A stretch of DNA of 64,000 nt from contig JAWLBL010000006.1 of NCBI GenBank assembly GCA_041687695.1, positions 224,001 through 288,000 of the forward strand. Reading direction: 5' to 3'. The position numbers and the translations under genes are program-made. The notes below the pieces were generated by a model. The model saw nothing but the letters and a program-made list of their open reading frames with translations, did no database searches and had not been told where the DNA came from. Source of the stretch: Myxococcota bacterium. Lineage in GTDB: Bacteria > Myxococcota_A > UBA9042 > PHBI01 > JAWLBL01. Position 1 is the first letter of the stretch. Each line of letters starts with the position of its first letter. Of this stretch, positions 1 through 8,630 are shown piece after piece.

Positions 1-2
1 GC

Positions 3-431
3 AACATCGGCGTGGTCAGCCGCTCGGGCACCCTGACCTACGAGGCCGTGGGCCAGCTCTCCAAGCTCGGCCTCGGCCAGTCGACCGCGGTCGGCATCGG
101 CGGCGACCCCATCAACGGCACCAACTTCATCGACGTCCTCGCGGCGTTCCAGGACGACCCGCAGACCGAGGGCGTCATCATGATCGGCGAGATCGGCGGC
201 AACGCCGAGGAGGCCGCCGCGGCCTGGGCGAAGGAGCACTTCACCAAGCCGCTCGCCGCCTTCATCGCCGGCACGACCGCCCCGCCGGGCCGCCGCATGG
301 GCCACGCGGGCGCCATCATCTCGGGCGGCAAGGGCTCGGCGGCCGACAAGATCGCCGCGCTCGAGGCGGCCGGCATCAAGGTCGCGCCGACCCCGTCCGA
401 CATGGGCACCACCCTGCAGTCCCTTCTGTAG
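3..431 (+). CDS. sucD: Succinyl-CoA synthetase alpha subunit (5'-truncated by window edge)
   Basis: [20 protein letters not shown] and RMGHAGA (phospho-His) motifs; frame open to the window start. Confidence 0.97.
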   Translation, partial: NIGVVSRSGTLTYEAVGQLSKLGLGQSTAVGIGGDPINGTNFIDVLAAFQDDPQTEGVIMIGEIGGNAEEAAAAWAKEHFTKPLAAFIAGTTAPPGRRMGHAGAIISGGKGSAADKIAALEAAGIKVAPTPSDMGTTLQSLL

Positions 432-492
432 CACCTCGCGCGGGGCCCATCGTCGCGGCCCCGCCCCCAACCGCACCCCTCAGGAGCACCCC

Positions 493-912
493 ATGGCCAT
501 CGAGCGCACGCTCGCCATCGTCAAGCCGGACGCGGTCGCCGCGAAGAACGCCGGCAACATCATCCAGATGATCGAGGACAACGGCTTCGACATCGTCGCG
601 ATGAAGAAGACCCGCCTCACCCCGGCCCAGGCCGAGGGCTTCTACTACGTCCACGCGCAGCGCCCCTTCTTCGGGTCGCTGGTCGAGTTCATGAGCTCCG
701 GCCCGGTCGTCCTGATGGTCCTCGAGGCCGACGACGCCATCACCAAGTGGCGCAACCTCATGGGCCCGACCGACGCCACCAAGGCCGGCCCGGACACCGT
801 GCGCGGCAAGTTCGGCACCGACATCGAGCGCAACGCCTCGCACGGCTCGGACGCCCCCGAGACGGCCGCCTTCGAGACCAGCTACTTCTTCAGCTGCTTC
901 GAGCGCATCTAG
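493..912 (+). CDS. ndk: Nucleoside diphosphate kinase
   Basis: [36 protein letters not shown] aggag upstream. Confidence 0.98.
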   Translation: MAIERTLAIVKPDAVAAKNAGNIIQMIEDNGFDIVAMKKTRLTPAQAEGFYYVHAQRPFFGSLVEFMSSGPVVLMVLEADDAITKWRNLMGPTDATKAGPDTVRGKFGTDIERNASHGSDAPETAAFETSYFFSCFERI

Positions 913-966
913 TCGCCTCTGAGCCAGCCTGGGGCTCGCCTGCGGGCGGGCCCCGCGAGAATTGTC

Positions 967-1008
967 GACACCCGGCCCTGGAAAACGGGGCCGGGTGTCT
1001 TATTGTTG
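967..1008 (+). terminator. Probable intrinsic terminator after ndk
   Basis: 12-bp inverted repeat gacacccggccc/gggccgggtgtc followed by ttattgtt. Confidence 0.65.
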
Positions 1009-1015
1009 GGCCCTC

Positions 1016-2131
1016 ATGAGCGCACCGGTCCAAGACGAATCGAGCCGGGTCGAGGCCGCGGCGGCCAAGCCGGCGGCCCTCATCGACCTCAAGGCCCTGA
1101 CCTACGACGAGCTGAGCCAGTGGCTGACCGCCGAGCTGGGCGCGCCGCGCTTTCGGGCCGAGCAGCTCTTCCGCTGGATGCACGCCCGCCGCGTCCGCTC
1201 CTTCGACGAGATGACCAACCTGTCCAAGGCCATGCGCGAGCAGCTCGCCCGGGTGGCCTTCGTCGGCGGGCTCGAGCTGGACGAGGTGCTGGTCGCCCGG
1301 GACGGGACGCGCAAGCTCCTGCTGCGCCGCGCCGACGGCAACCGCATCGAGTCGGTCCTCATCCCGATGGAGGACCGCATCACCCAGTGCGTCTCCAGCC
1401 AGGTGGGCTGCAAGATCGGCTGCGACTTCTGCCTCACCGCGCGCATGCCCCTGCGCAAGAACCTGGCCGCCAGCGAAATAGCCGACCAGGTCTACTGGGC
1501 GCAGCGGGTGCTGGGCGAGGCGGGCGAGGGGCAGCAGGTCAACAACATCGTCTACATGGGCATGGGCGAGCCGCTCGACAACTACGAGCAGGTCGTCCGC
1601 TCGCTCAAGAACCTCATCGACGAGCGCGGCGCCAACTTCTCGGGGCGGCGCATCACCGTCTCGACCAGCGGGGTGGTCCCCAAGATCCCCCAGCTCGGTG
1701 AAGACGTCCCGGTGAACCTGGCGGTCAGCCTGAACGCGACCACCGACGAGATGCGCACGCGCCTCATCCCCATCAACAAGCGCTGGAACATCGCCGCCCT
1801 GATGGAGGCGCTGCACGCCTTCCCGCTGCAGCAGCGGCGCCGCATCACCGTCGAGTACGTCATGCTGGGCGGCGTCAACGACACCCTCGACGACGCGCGG
1901 CGCCTGGTGCGCCTGCTGCGCGGTCTGCGCTGCAAGGTCAACCTGATCCCGTTCAACCCCTGGCCGGGGTCGCGCTACCAGCGGCCCGACGAGGGGCATG
2001 TCGAGGCCTTCGGCGCCGTTCTACGAGACGCCCACTACACCGTGACCATCCGGTACTCGAAGGGCGAGGACATCGGCGCCGCCTGCGGACAACTGGACGG
2101 GCAGGTCGACGGGCAGTCCGAGGCCGCCTGA
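1016..2131 (+). CDS. rlmN: 23S rRNA A2503 / tRNA A37 radical-SAM methyltransferase
   Basis: CVSSQVGCKIGCDFC (CxxxCxxC), MGMGEP, AACGQL; ATG 1016 chosen downstream of the terminator. Confidence 0.95.
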   Translation: MSAPVQDESSRVEAAAAKPAALIDLKALTYDELSQWLTAELGAPRFRAEQLFRWMHARRVRSFDEMTNLSKAMREQLARVAFVGGLELDEVLVARDGTRKLLLRRADGNRIESVLIPMEDRITQCVSSQVGCKIGCDFCLTARMPLRKNLAASEIADQVYWAQRVLGEAGEGQQVNNIVYMGMGEPLDNYEQVVRSLKNLIDERGANFSGRRITVSTSGVVPKIPQLGEDVPVNLAVSLNATTDEMRTRLIPINKRWNIAALMEALHAFPLQQRRRITVEYVMLGGVNDTLDDARRLVRLLRGLRCKVNLIPFNPWPGSRYQRPDEGHVEAFGAVLRDAHYTVTIRYSKGEDIGAACGQLDGQVDGQSEAA

Positions 2132-2208
2132 CGCGCGCGGCCTGAAGCGCCGCTCGGTTGAACGCCGAGGCAGCCTCGCACGTTACGGTCCCACCACAAG
2201 GAGACAAC

Positions 2209-3726
2209 GTGGCAGAGCAGCTCGCCCAGGTCAGCGACGACACCGCGCGCTTGCGCATCCTCGACGCCATCAAGGCAGCGCCGGGCGGCGCGGTGACCGT
2301 CGGCGACGTCGTCGCCAAGAGCGGCGTGCCCCCGGCCGAGGCCGAGCGGCACCTGACGCTGCTGGTCAAGGAGTACACCTCCGACCTCGACGTCGACGAC
2401 GACGGCAACCTGCTCTACCGCTTCGACCCCGGGCTGTCCGCCCGCCAGGACATCGTCGAGGCCGACCGCAAGCGCCGCCGCAAGGAGGCGTTCAAGAAGG
2501 CGGCCATCGCCTTCTTCAAGGCCTGGACGGTCGTGATGATCGTCGTCTACGCCATCATCTACGTCACCCTGGCCATCATGGCGATGATCGCCGCCTCGTC
2601 GCAGCGGCGCGACGACCGCGGCTTCGGCGGCGGCGGGCGTCACCACGGCGGCGGCGGGACCTTCATCCCGATCTTCTGGGGCAGCGGCTCCTCCTGGCGC
2701 TCCGAGCGGACGCGGCGGCGCACCATCCGCGACGTCGAGCAGCGCGTCGGCCGCGGGGCCGACCCCTACGATCTCCGCGACGCGCGCGAGGACGAGGACA
2801 AGAAGCCCGGCATCATCGAGCGCACCTGGTACTTCCTGTTCGGCCAGCGCGGCCTCGAGCAGAACCCGCTCGAGCGCGAAAAGGAGCTGCTCACCTACGT
2901 CCGCGCCAAGAAGGGCCTGGTCACCAACGCCGACATCGTGGCCCTGCTGGGCGTGCCCTACGACGAGGCCGACGCCATCGGCACGCGCCTGGTCGCCACC
3001 TACGACGGCGAGCTGGACATCACCGACGAGGGCCTGGCGGTCTACCGCTTCCCGAACCTGATGCTCAGCGGCGCCCCCGAGGTGCAGGAGCAGGTCCCCC
3101 GCCTGGGCTACACCTGGCAGGTCCGCAAGAAGGAGCACGCGCTGCGGGCCAACCCGACCTTCCTCATCCCGTTCTTGAACGGCTTCAACCTGGTCCTGGC
3201 CTTCGTCACCTACACGACGCTGCTGCCCATCCTGGGTTGGTCCAACACCTTCGCGCACATCACCCTGGTCTTCTTCCCGGGGCTGTTCAGCGTCCTGTTC
3301 TTCGCGGTGGCGCTCAACCGAAAGCTGCGCGAGGCGCGCGCCGCCGGGCAGTACGAGCGCGACAACATGCGCATCGCCATCTACCGGCTGCTGTTCCAGC
3401 GGCGCCGTCCGGTGGTCATCCCCGGCGACGAGCAGGCCATCGCCGCGGCCGGCCTGGGCAGCTGGGGGACGCGCCGGCTTCACGAGGAGTGCGACGCCAT
3501 CGCCATGGAGCTGCGCGGCGACTGCGCCGCGCGCGGTGACGGGCGCCGCGAGATCCGCGCCGACCGCGTCTTCCGCGAGATGGACGTCGTCGAGCGCCTG
3601 CGCGCCCAGGCCGAGTCCAAGCAGGCCGTCGGCCGCACGGTCTTCTCGACCCGCGGGCCCCTCGAGGCGCGCCCCATCGAGGACGACGCGCTGGCCCAGG
3701 AGATCGCCCGCCTCGAGCGCGAGTAG
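2209..3726 (+). CDS. Uncharacterised membrane protein resembling the cyanobacterial/plastid At5g03900-like family
   Basis: GTG with SD aggag; two repeated modules (VTVGDV..LDVDDDGNLLYRF and LDITDEGLAVYRFPNL), FLFG motif, TM segments. Confidence 0.6.
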   Translation: MAEQLAQVSDDTARLRILDAIKAAPGGAVTVGDVVAKSGVPPAEAERHLTLLVKEYTSDLDVDDDGNLLYRFDPGLSARQDIVEADRKRRRKEAFKKAAIAFFKAWTVVMIVVYAIIYVTLAIMAMIAASSQRRDDRGFGGGGRHHGGGGTFIPIFWGSGSSWRSERTRRRTIRDVEQRVGRGADPYDLRDAREDEDKKPGIIERTWYFLFGQRGLEQNPLEREKELLTYVRAKKGLVTNADIVALLGVPYDEADAIGTRLVATYDGELDITDEGLAVYRFPNLMLSGAPEVQEQVPRLGYTWQVRKKEHALRANPTFLIPFLNGFNLVLAFVTYTTLLPILGWSNTFAHITLVFFPGLFSVLFFAVALNRKLREARAAGQYERDNMRIAIYRLLFQRRRPVVIPGDEQAIAAAGLGSWGTRRLHEECDAIAMELRGDCAARGDGRREIRADRVFREMDVVERLRAQAESKQAVGRTVFSTRGPLEARPIEDDALAQEIARLERE

Positions 3727-3738
3727 CCCGCCTCGCGG

Positions 3739-3972
3739 GTCATCTCCTGGTGCCCTCCGGCACCGAACGACGACCTGCGTGTCGTCTCCTGGTGCCCTCC
3801 GGCACCGAAGGACGACCTGCGTGTCGTTTCATGGTGCCCTCCGGCACCGAAGGACGACTCGCGTGTCGTCTCCTGGTGCCCTCCGGCACCGAAGACCGAC
3901 CTGCGTGTCGTCTCCTGGTGCCCTCCGGCACCGAACGACGACCTGCGTGTCGTCTCGTGGTGCCCTCGGGCA
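3739..3972. repeat. 42-bp palindromic tandem repeat, 5 full units plus 1 partial
   Basis: Unit gtcgtctcctggtgccctccggcaccgaaggacgacctgcgt starts at 3739, 3781, 3823, 3865, 3907, 3949; internal hairpin ggtgcc-ctcc-ggcacc inside gtcgtc/gacgac. Confidence 0.95.
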
Positions 3973-3981
3973 GCGCGCCGG

Positions 3982-4443
3982 TCAGTGCTTGCGGCGGGCG
4001 CGGCCCTTGTCGAGGTGGGGCGGGACCTCGGGGCGCTCTCCGCGCAGCCAGGCGTCGGCCAGGTCCTCGAGCACCTCGTTGTGGACGTCGCCGCGGGCCA
4101 TGATCTCGTGGTCGCCGAAGCGGTGCGGCTTCCAGTCGAGCGGCAGCAGCAGCTCGCGCTCGGCCCGGAAGTACTCGCCCAGGTACCAGTCGAGGAAGTC
4201 CAGCGCCAGCTCGAGCCCCTCGGCCACCGAGCGCACCTTGCTGTCGCTGGTCTCGACGGCCGACTCCATGTGGTAGACGTAGGTGCGGTCGGGGTTGGCC
4301 AGCGTGACGCGCGCGACGACCGTCTCGCCGTCCAGCCGCGCCTCGACGGAGAAGCGCTCGCCGCGCAGGTGTCCGCCGTGGCGGCTGACCAGCGCGTCGA
4401 CGATCTGGGTCTGGCTCTGCGGGGTGACGAGCGGCTTGGCCAT
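3982..4443 (-). CDS. Hypothetical protein
   Basis: Protein-like composition and GC3-biased codons; ATG at 4443. Confidence 0.75.
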   Translation of the reverse strand: MAKPLVTPQSQTQIVDALVSRHGGHLRGERFSVEARLDGETVVARVTLANPDRTYVYHMESAVETSDSKVRSVAEGLELALDFLDWYLGEYFRAERELLLPLDWKPHRFGDHEIMARGDVHNEVLEDLADAWLRGERPEVPPHLDKGRARRKH

Positions 4444-4596
4444 GGAGGCTCCTGGGTCGTGGGGCGCGAGGGCGCGTCCTATCACAGGTCGGGCCGACGT
4501 CCACGAGCGATCGCGCCAACAAGGTAGACTACAGCGTAGGCAAGGCGCCGCAGAAGTCGAACCGAGGCGAGCGCGCGCGCTGACGCGTCGCCCCGG

Positions 4597-6327
4597 TCAG
4601 GCGACCTGGCGCAGGCGCTGGAGCAGCCGCGGGACCACGTCCTCGGGCCCGCAGCGGAGGAAGGTCACGCCCGCGGGGCGCAGGGCCGCCTGGGCCAGCT
4701 CGAGGCTGTGGGACACGCGCAGGCGCGCCACGTCGAGCACGGCGTCCTCGAGGGCGTCGGCGCCGGCGGCCGCGCCCTCGAAGCCGGGGTGATCGGGGCA
4801 CACGACGACCACCGAGTGGCGGTGCCGGCGCGCGGCGGCGGCGATGTGCCGCAGGGCCTCGAGGTCGTCGGCCGAGTAGAGGTCGCTCATGATCACGATG
4901 GCGTGTGGGCCGCCGCGGGCCGTCAGCACGTGCTCCATCGCGGCCTCGAGGCCGCGGGCCTGGGCGCCGGGGCGCGGCGTCGGATCGAGCGGCAGCGGCA
5001 CGCCCAGGTGCCGACAGAAGGCGCGCAGGATGGCGCGCTGCGGGTCGCGGGCGTAGCTGAAGAGCGGGACGACCGGGCGGGACAGATCCCGGGCCACCAG
5101 CTCGGCGTCGAGGCGGCGCTGGGCCAGCTGCACGAGGCGCGCCAGATCGTGAGGGCTGGCCCGAGGGTCGGCGCGCTTGGGATCGCGGGTCGCGACGCGG
5201 CAGGTGACCCCGTCCTGGGCCTCGAGCCAGGCGGCGGCGCGCTCGACCAGCTCGCGGTCGGTCAGCTCGGTGCGGCCCTCGTGGACGAGGTGCGGCACCT
5301 CGAGCAGGGCCTCGAGCAGCCGCACCAGCTGAGGGCGGCCGCGGCCGGGCGTCACCTCGAGGCGGACGGCCTCGTCGTAGACCACCAGGCCCGCGCGATC
5401 GCCCCGCCCCACGACCAGATCGAGCAGGTGATGGGCCGCCTCGAGCACGTAGTCGATGCGCGCGCGGCCGGGAGGGCCCCAGAACATGCTGGGCGAGGCG
5501 TCGACCAGGACGAAGGTGCTCAGGACCAGATCCGACTCGAACTCGCGCGCGATGAGCTTGCCGCGGCGGGCCGAGGCGCGCCAGGCGATGTGCTTGAAGG
5601 GGTCGCCGGCCTGGTGGTCGCGCAGCTCGCGGATCTCCATGCCGGTGCCGCGGCGGCGCGTGTGGTCGGCGCCGGCGCGCTCCTGCAGCGAGGTGCGCGT
5701 GGCGCGCAGCGGGGCGTCGGGGCGCGCGGCGTAGCGCCGGGGCAGGACGGTGACCCGCGCGCGGGCGGGCACCCAGACGCGCACGCCGAACAGGCCGTGG
5801 GCGACCTCGGCCGAGGCGACGAAGCCCTGGAAGAAGGCGTCGCCGACGCGGCGGGGCGTGAGCTGCAGGGTGCCTTCGGCGGGCGGCGCGGCCGCGGTCA
5901 TCGTGACGGCGGCCTCGAGCGGGGCGACCGGCGCCGGGGAGAGCGTGACCACCCGCGGCGACAGCCCCGGCGCGACGTCGAGGCGGAAGGGCAGGGTGAG
6001 CGCCCGGCCCAGCGGGATCCGCAGCTCGCCCGGCTCGGCGACGCCCGGCCGGAGCGTGGCGATGAGGCCGCCGTGGCGCAGCCGGTGCCGGGCCACGCGC
6101 GCGACCGCGTAGGCCCAGGTCAGGAGGACCAGGGGCAGGCCCCCCAGGGCGGTCGCGATGGGCCGGTCGAAGGCCACGCCCACCAGCAGGAAGGTCAATC
6201 CGGTCAGCGCGAGCGTGCGCCCCGCCGGCGTGAGCCACAGGCGCGGACCGCGCGGCGTCGGCCCGCTCGGGGACCGCGCCGACGCGCCGGCCCTGCTAGG
6301 GCTCCTCGGTGTACGGGACCTCGGCAA
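4597..6327 (-). CDS. DUF58 (vWA-like) domain membrane protein
   Basis: GMEIRELRDHQAGDPFKHIAWRASAR, LVDASPSM, IMSDL motifs; follows MoxR; start uncertain. Confidence 0.88.
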   Translation of the reverse strand: MPRSRTPRSPSRAGASARSPSGPTPRGPRLWLTPAGRTLALTGLTFLLVGVAFDRPIATALGGLPLVLLTWAYAVARVARHRLRHGGLIATLRPGVAEPGELRIPLGRALTLPFRLDVAPGLSPRVVTLSPAPVAPLEAAVTMTAAAPPAEGTLQLTPRRVGDAFFQGFVASAEVAHGLFGVRVWVPARARVTVLPRRYAARPDAPLRATRTSLQERAGADHTRRRGTGMEIRELRDHQAGDPFKHIAWRASARRGKLIAREFESDLVLSTFVLVDASPSMFWGPPGRARIDYVLEAAHHLLDLVVGRGDRAGLVVYDEAVRLEVTPGRGRPQLVRLLEALLEVPHLVHEGRTELTDRELVERAAAWLEAQDGVTCRVATRDPKRADPRASPHDLARLVQLAQRRLDAELVARDLSRPVVPLFSYARDPQRAILRAFCRHLGVPLPLDPTPRPGAQARGLEAAMEHVLTARGGPHAIVIMSDLYSADDLEALRHIAAAARRHRHSVVVVCPDHPGFEGAAAGADALEDAVLDVARLRVSHSLELAQAALRPAGVTFLRCGPEDVVPRLLQRLRQVA

Positions 6328-7312
6328 GGCACTCCTCGACGACCTCGTCCACGGCCACCTGGTCCAGCTCGGACTCGGGGGTCAGGATGATGCGATGGTT
6401 CAGGATGGGCGGGACCAGCGCGCGGATGTCGTCGGGCAGGACGTGGCCGCGGCCATAGATGAGGGCGCGCACCTTGGCGCAGCGCATCAGCGCCAGCGAG
6501 GCGCGTGGGCTGGCCCCGAGCAGGACCGAAGGGTGCTCGCGGGTGCGCTGCACGAGGCGCACGATGTAGTCCAGAAGGCCCGGCGCGATGAAGATGCGCT
6601 CGGAGACCTCGGCGAGGTGCTCTATCTCCTCGGGCGACAGGATGGTGCGGACCTCGGGGACGGGCAGGTTGTAGGTCGCGAGGACGCGCCGCTCCTCGGC
6701 GAAGCTGGGGTAGCGCAGGACCAGCTTGAAGATGAAGCGGTCGACCTGCGCCTCGGGCAGCAGGTACACCCCCTCCTGCTCGACCGGGTTCTGGGTGGCC
6801 AGCACGATGAACGGCCGCGGCAGGCGCAGGGTCTGGCCCTCGATGGTGACCTGGCCCTCCTGCATCGCCTCGAGCAGGGCGCTCTGCGTCTTGGCGGGCG
6901 CGCGGTTGATCTCGTCGCCGAGCACCACGTTCGCGAACAGCGGTCCCTTGCGCAGGACGAAGGTCTGGTCCTTGAGGTTGAGCACGTAGGTGCCGGTGAT
7001 GTCGGCCGGCAGCAGGTCGGGCGTGAACTGGATGCGCGAGAAGTCGCAGCCCAGGGTGCGCGCGAAGGTCTTGACCAGGGTCGTCTTGGCGATGCCGGGG
7101 ACGCCCTCGAGCAGGACGTGGCCGCGGGCGAGCAGGGCGACCAGCAGGAGATCGGTGGTCGCCGCCGAGCCGACGTAGGCCTTGCCGATCTCGGCGTGCA
7201 GCTGCTGGCGGACCTCGGCGGCGCGCAGGATGTCGGCGGCGGCCGGCGTGCGGGGCGTCGAGGACGGGTCGGGGGCGGCGGCCACGTCGGCCGGAGATTC
7301 AAGCTGAGACAT
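6296..7312 (-). CDS. MoxR-family AAA+ ATPase
   Basis: LLEGVPGIAKT, RIQFTPDLLPADITG, DEINRAPAKTQSALLEAMQE, ATQNPVEQEG, GASPRAS. Confidence 0.96.
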   Translation of the reverse strand: MSQLESPADVAAAPDPSSTPRTPAAADILRAAEVRQQLHAEIGKAYVGSAATTDLLLVALLARGHVLLEGVPGIAKTTLVKTFARTLGCDFSRIQFTPDLLPADITGTYVLNLKDQTFVLRKGPLFANVVLGDEINRAPAKTQSALLEAMQEGQVTIEGQTLRLPRPFIVLATQNPVEQEGVYLLPEAQVDRFIFKLVLRYPSFAEERRVLATYNLPVPEVRTILSPEEIEHLAEVSERIFIAPGLLDYIVRLVQRTREHPSVLLGASPRASLALMRCAKVRALIYGRGHVLPDDIRALVPPILNHRIILTPESELDQVAVDEVVEECLAEVPYTEEP

Positions 7313-8630
7313 GCCGCTCCTTGCGAGGACCCGATGATCGGCCGCGGCCGCGCTGGTCGGCCCAGCGGGTGACGAGCCGGACGTTGTCGTACAGACGCTC
7401 GAAGCGGTCGGCCGTGACGACCGGCGGCTCAGGGGCCAGCAAGCTAGCGGCCTCCCGGTCGATGCGCAACAGCGCGCCCCGAGCCAGCTCGCGCTCGTCG
7501 GACGGGCCCGCCGCGCCGGCGGCCTCGTCGGTCAGCGAACGCAGCAGGCCGCGGGCGCGCAGGTGCTCGACCCGCTCGAGGAGCGTCTGGGCCAGCACGA
7601 CGAAGTCGGCCTCGGCGCGGTTGGCGGCGTAGCCGACGGCCTCCTCGGTGGGCGGCGGGCCGCCGGCGGCGGGCGCGGACAGGTGCGGCATCCGGTGCGG
7701 GCGTCGGCCGCGCGCCAGCATGACCAGGCCCAGCGCCAGCGCGACGAGCAGGACGACGCCCGCCACACCGAAGGCCCAGGGCCGCTCGGCGAGCTTGCGG
7801 CTCAGGGCGCCGATGGTCTCGTCGAGGGTCTCGAGGCCCTCGTCCAGGGTGCGCGCGAGGCCGCCCATCGGGCCCGCGCCGCGCCGATAGGTCCCCTGCG
7901 CGGTGGTCGTGGGCCCCAGCAGGCGCAGGCGGCACGGGTCCTGCTCGCAGTACAGGCGCATCACGTTCGCGGCGAACTGCTTGTTGCCGTAGAAGCGTCG
8001 CAGCATCTCATTGGTGAACAGGGACGGGTCGGCGATGGCCAGGACCGCGCCGCGCCCGTGCTGCACCTCGACCACCAGGCGCTCGGTGGCGACGTCGAAG
8101 CCCAGGACCCGCTCGCCCGCGCCCGACAGGACGGCCGGGTGGTTGCTGACGACCTCCTCGACGTTGAAGAACAGGAAGTGCTTGTGGTCGGGGACGGCGA
8201 TGGGCAGCCCCTCCTGGCCCTGGTACCAGCGCGAGTGGACGGTCGGGCCGTGCGGGCGGCGCTCTATGCCGAGCCGCGCGAACAGGGCGTCGGCGCGGCC
8301 GTGGTCGTCGGCGACGATGAGGTGTCCGCCGTCCTCGACGTAGTCGAGCAGCGCGTCGACCGGCAGGTCCTGGGTCGGGTAGAGCCACAGGAGGGTGTAG
8401 CTGGGCCGCAGGCGCGACAGATCGAGCTCGGCCGTCAGCTCGACGTCGACCTTGGCCTCGCGCGCCGTCTCGAGCAGGTAACCCAGGCCGTTCCAGGCGT
8501 CGCTGTCGGTCGCGTAGTCGCCGATGGGGTCGGCCTCGGGCGCCAGCGCCTCGGTCTGCGCGGCGGCGAGGCCGGGGAGCAGCGCCAGCAGCGCCAGGGC
8601 GGTCGCGATCAGGGCGGGGCGGGCGGTCAC
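7299..8630 (-). CDS. DUF4350-like exported/membrane protein
   Basis: Real start is GTG 8630 (GTGA overlap with the upstream stop); signal peptide, WNGLGYL, YVEDGGHLIVADD, ADPSLFTNEML, TM helix. Confidence 0.75.
   Translation of the reverse strand: MTARPALIATALALLALLPGLAAAQTEALAPEADPIGDYATDSDAWNGLGYLLETAREAKVDVELTAELDLSRLRPSYTLLWLYPTQDLPVDALLDYVEDGGHLIVADDHGRADALFARLGIERRPHGPTVHSRWYQGQEGLPIAVPDHKHFLFFNVEEVVSNHPAVLSGAGERVLGFDVATERLVVEVQHGRGAVLAIADPSLFTNEMLRRFYGNKQFAANVMRLYCEQDPCRLRLLGPTTTAQGTYRRGAGPMGGLARTLDEGLETLDETIGALSRKLAERPWAFGVAGVVLLVALALGLVMLARGRRPHRMPHLSAPAAGGPPPTEEAVGYAANRAEADFVVLAQTLLERVEHLRARGLLRSLTDEAAGAAGPSDERELARGALLRIDREAASLLAPEPPVVTADRFERLYDNVRLVTRWADQRGRGRSSGPRKERHVSA

Noticed and set aside
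3739..3972. CRISPR array
   Set aside because: Units are contiguous with no unique spacers, and no cas genes are in the window
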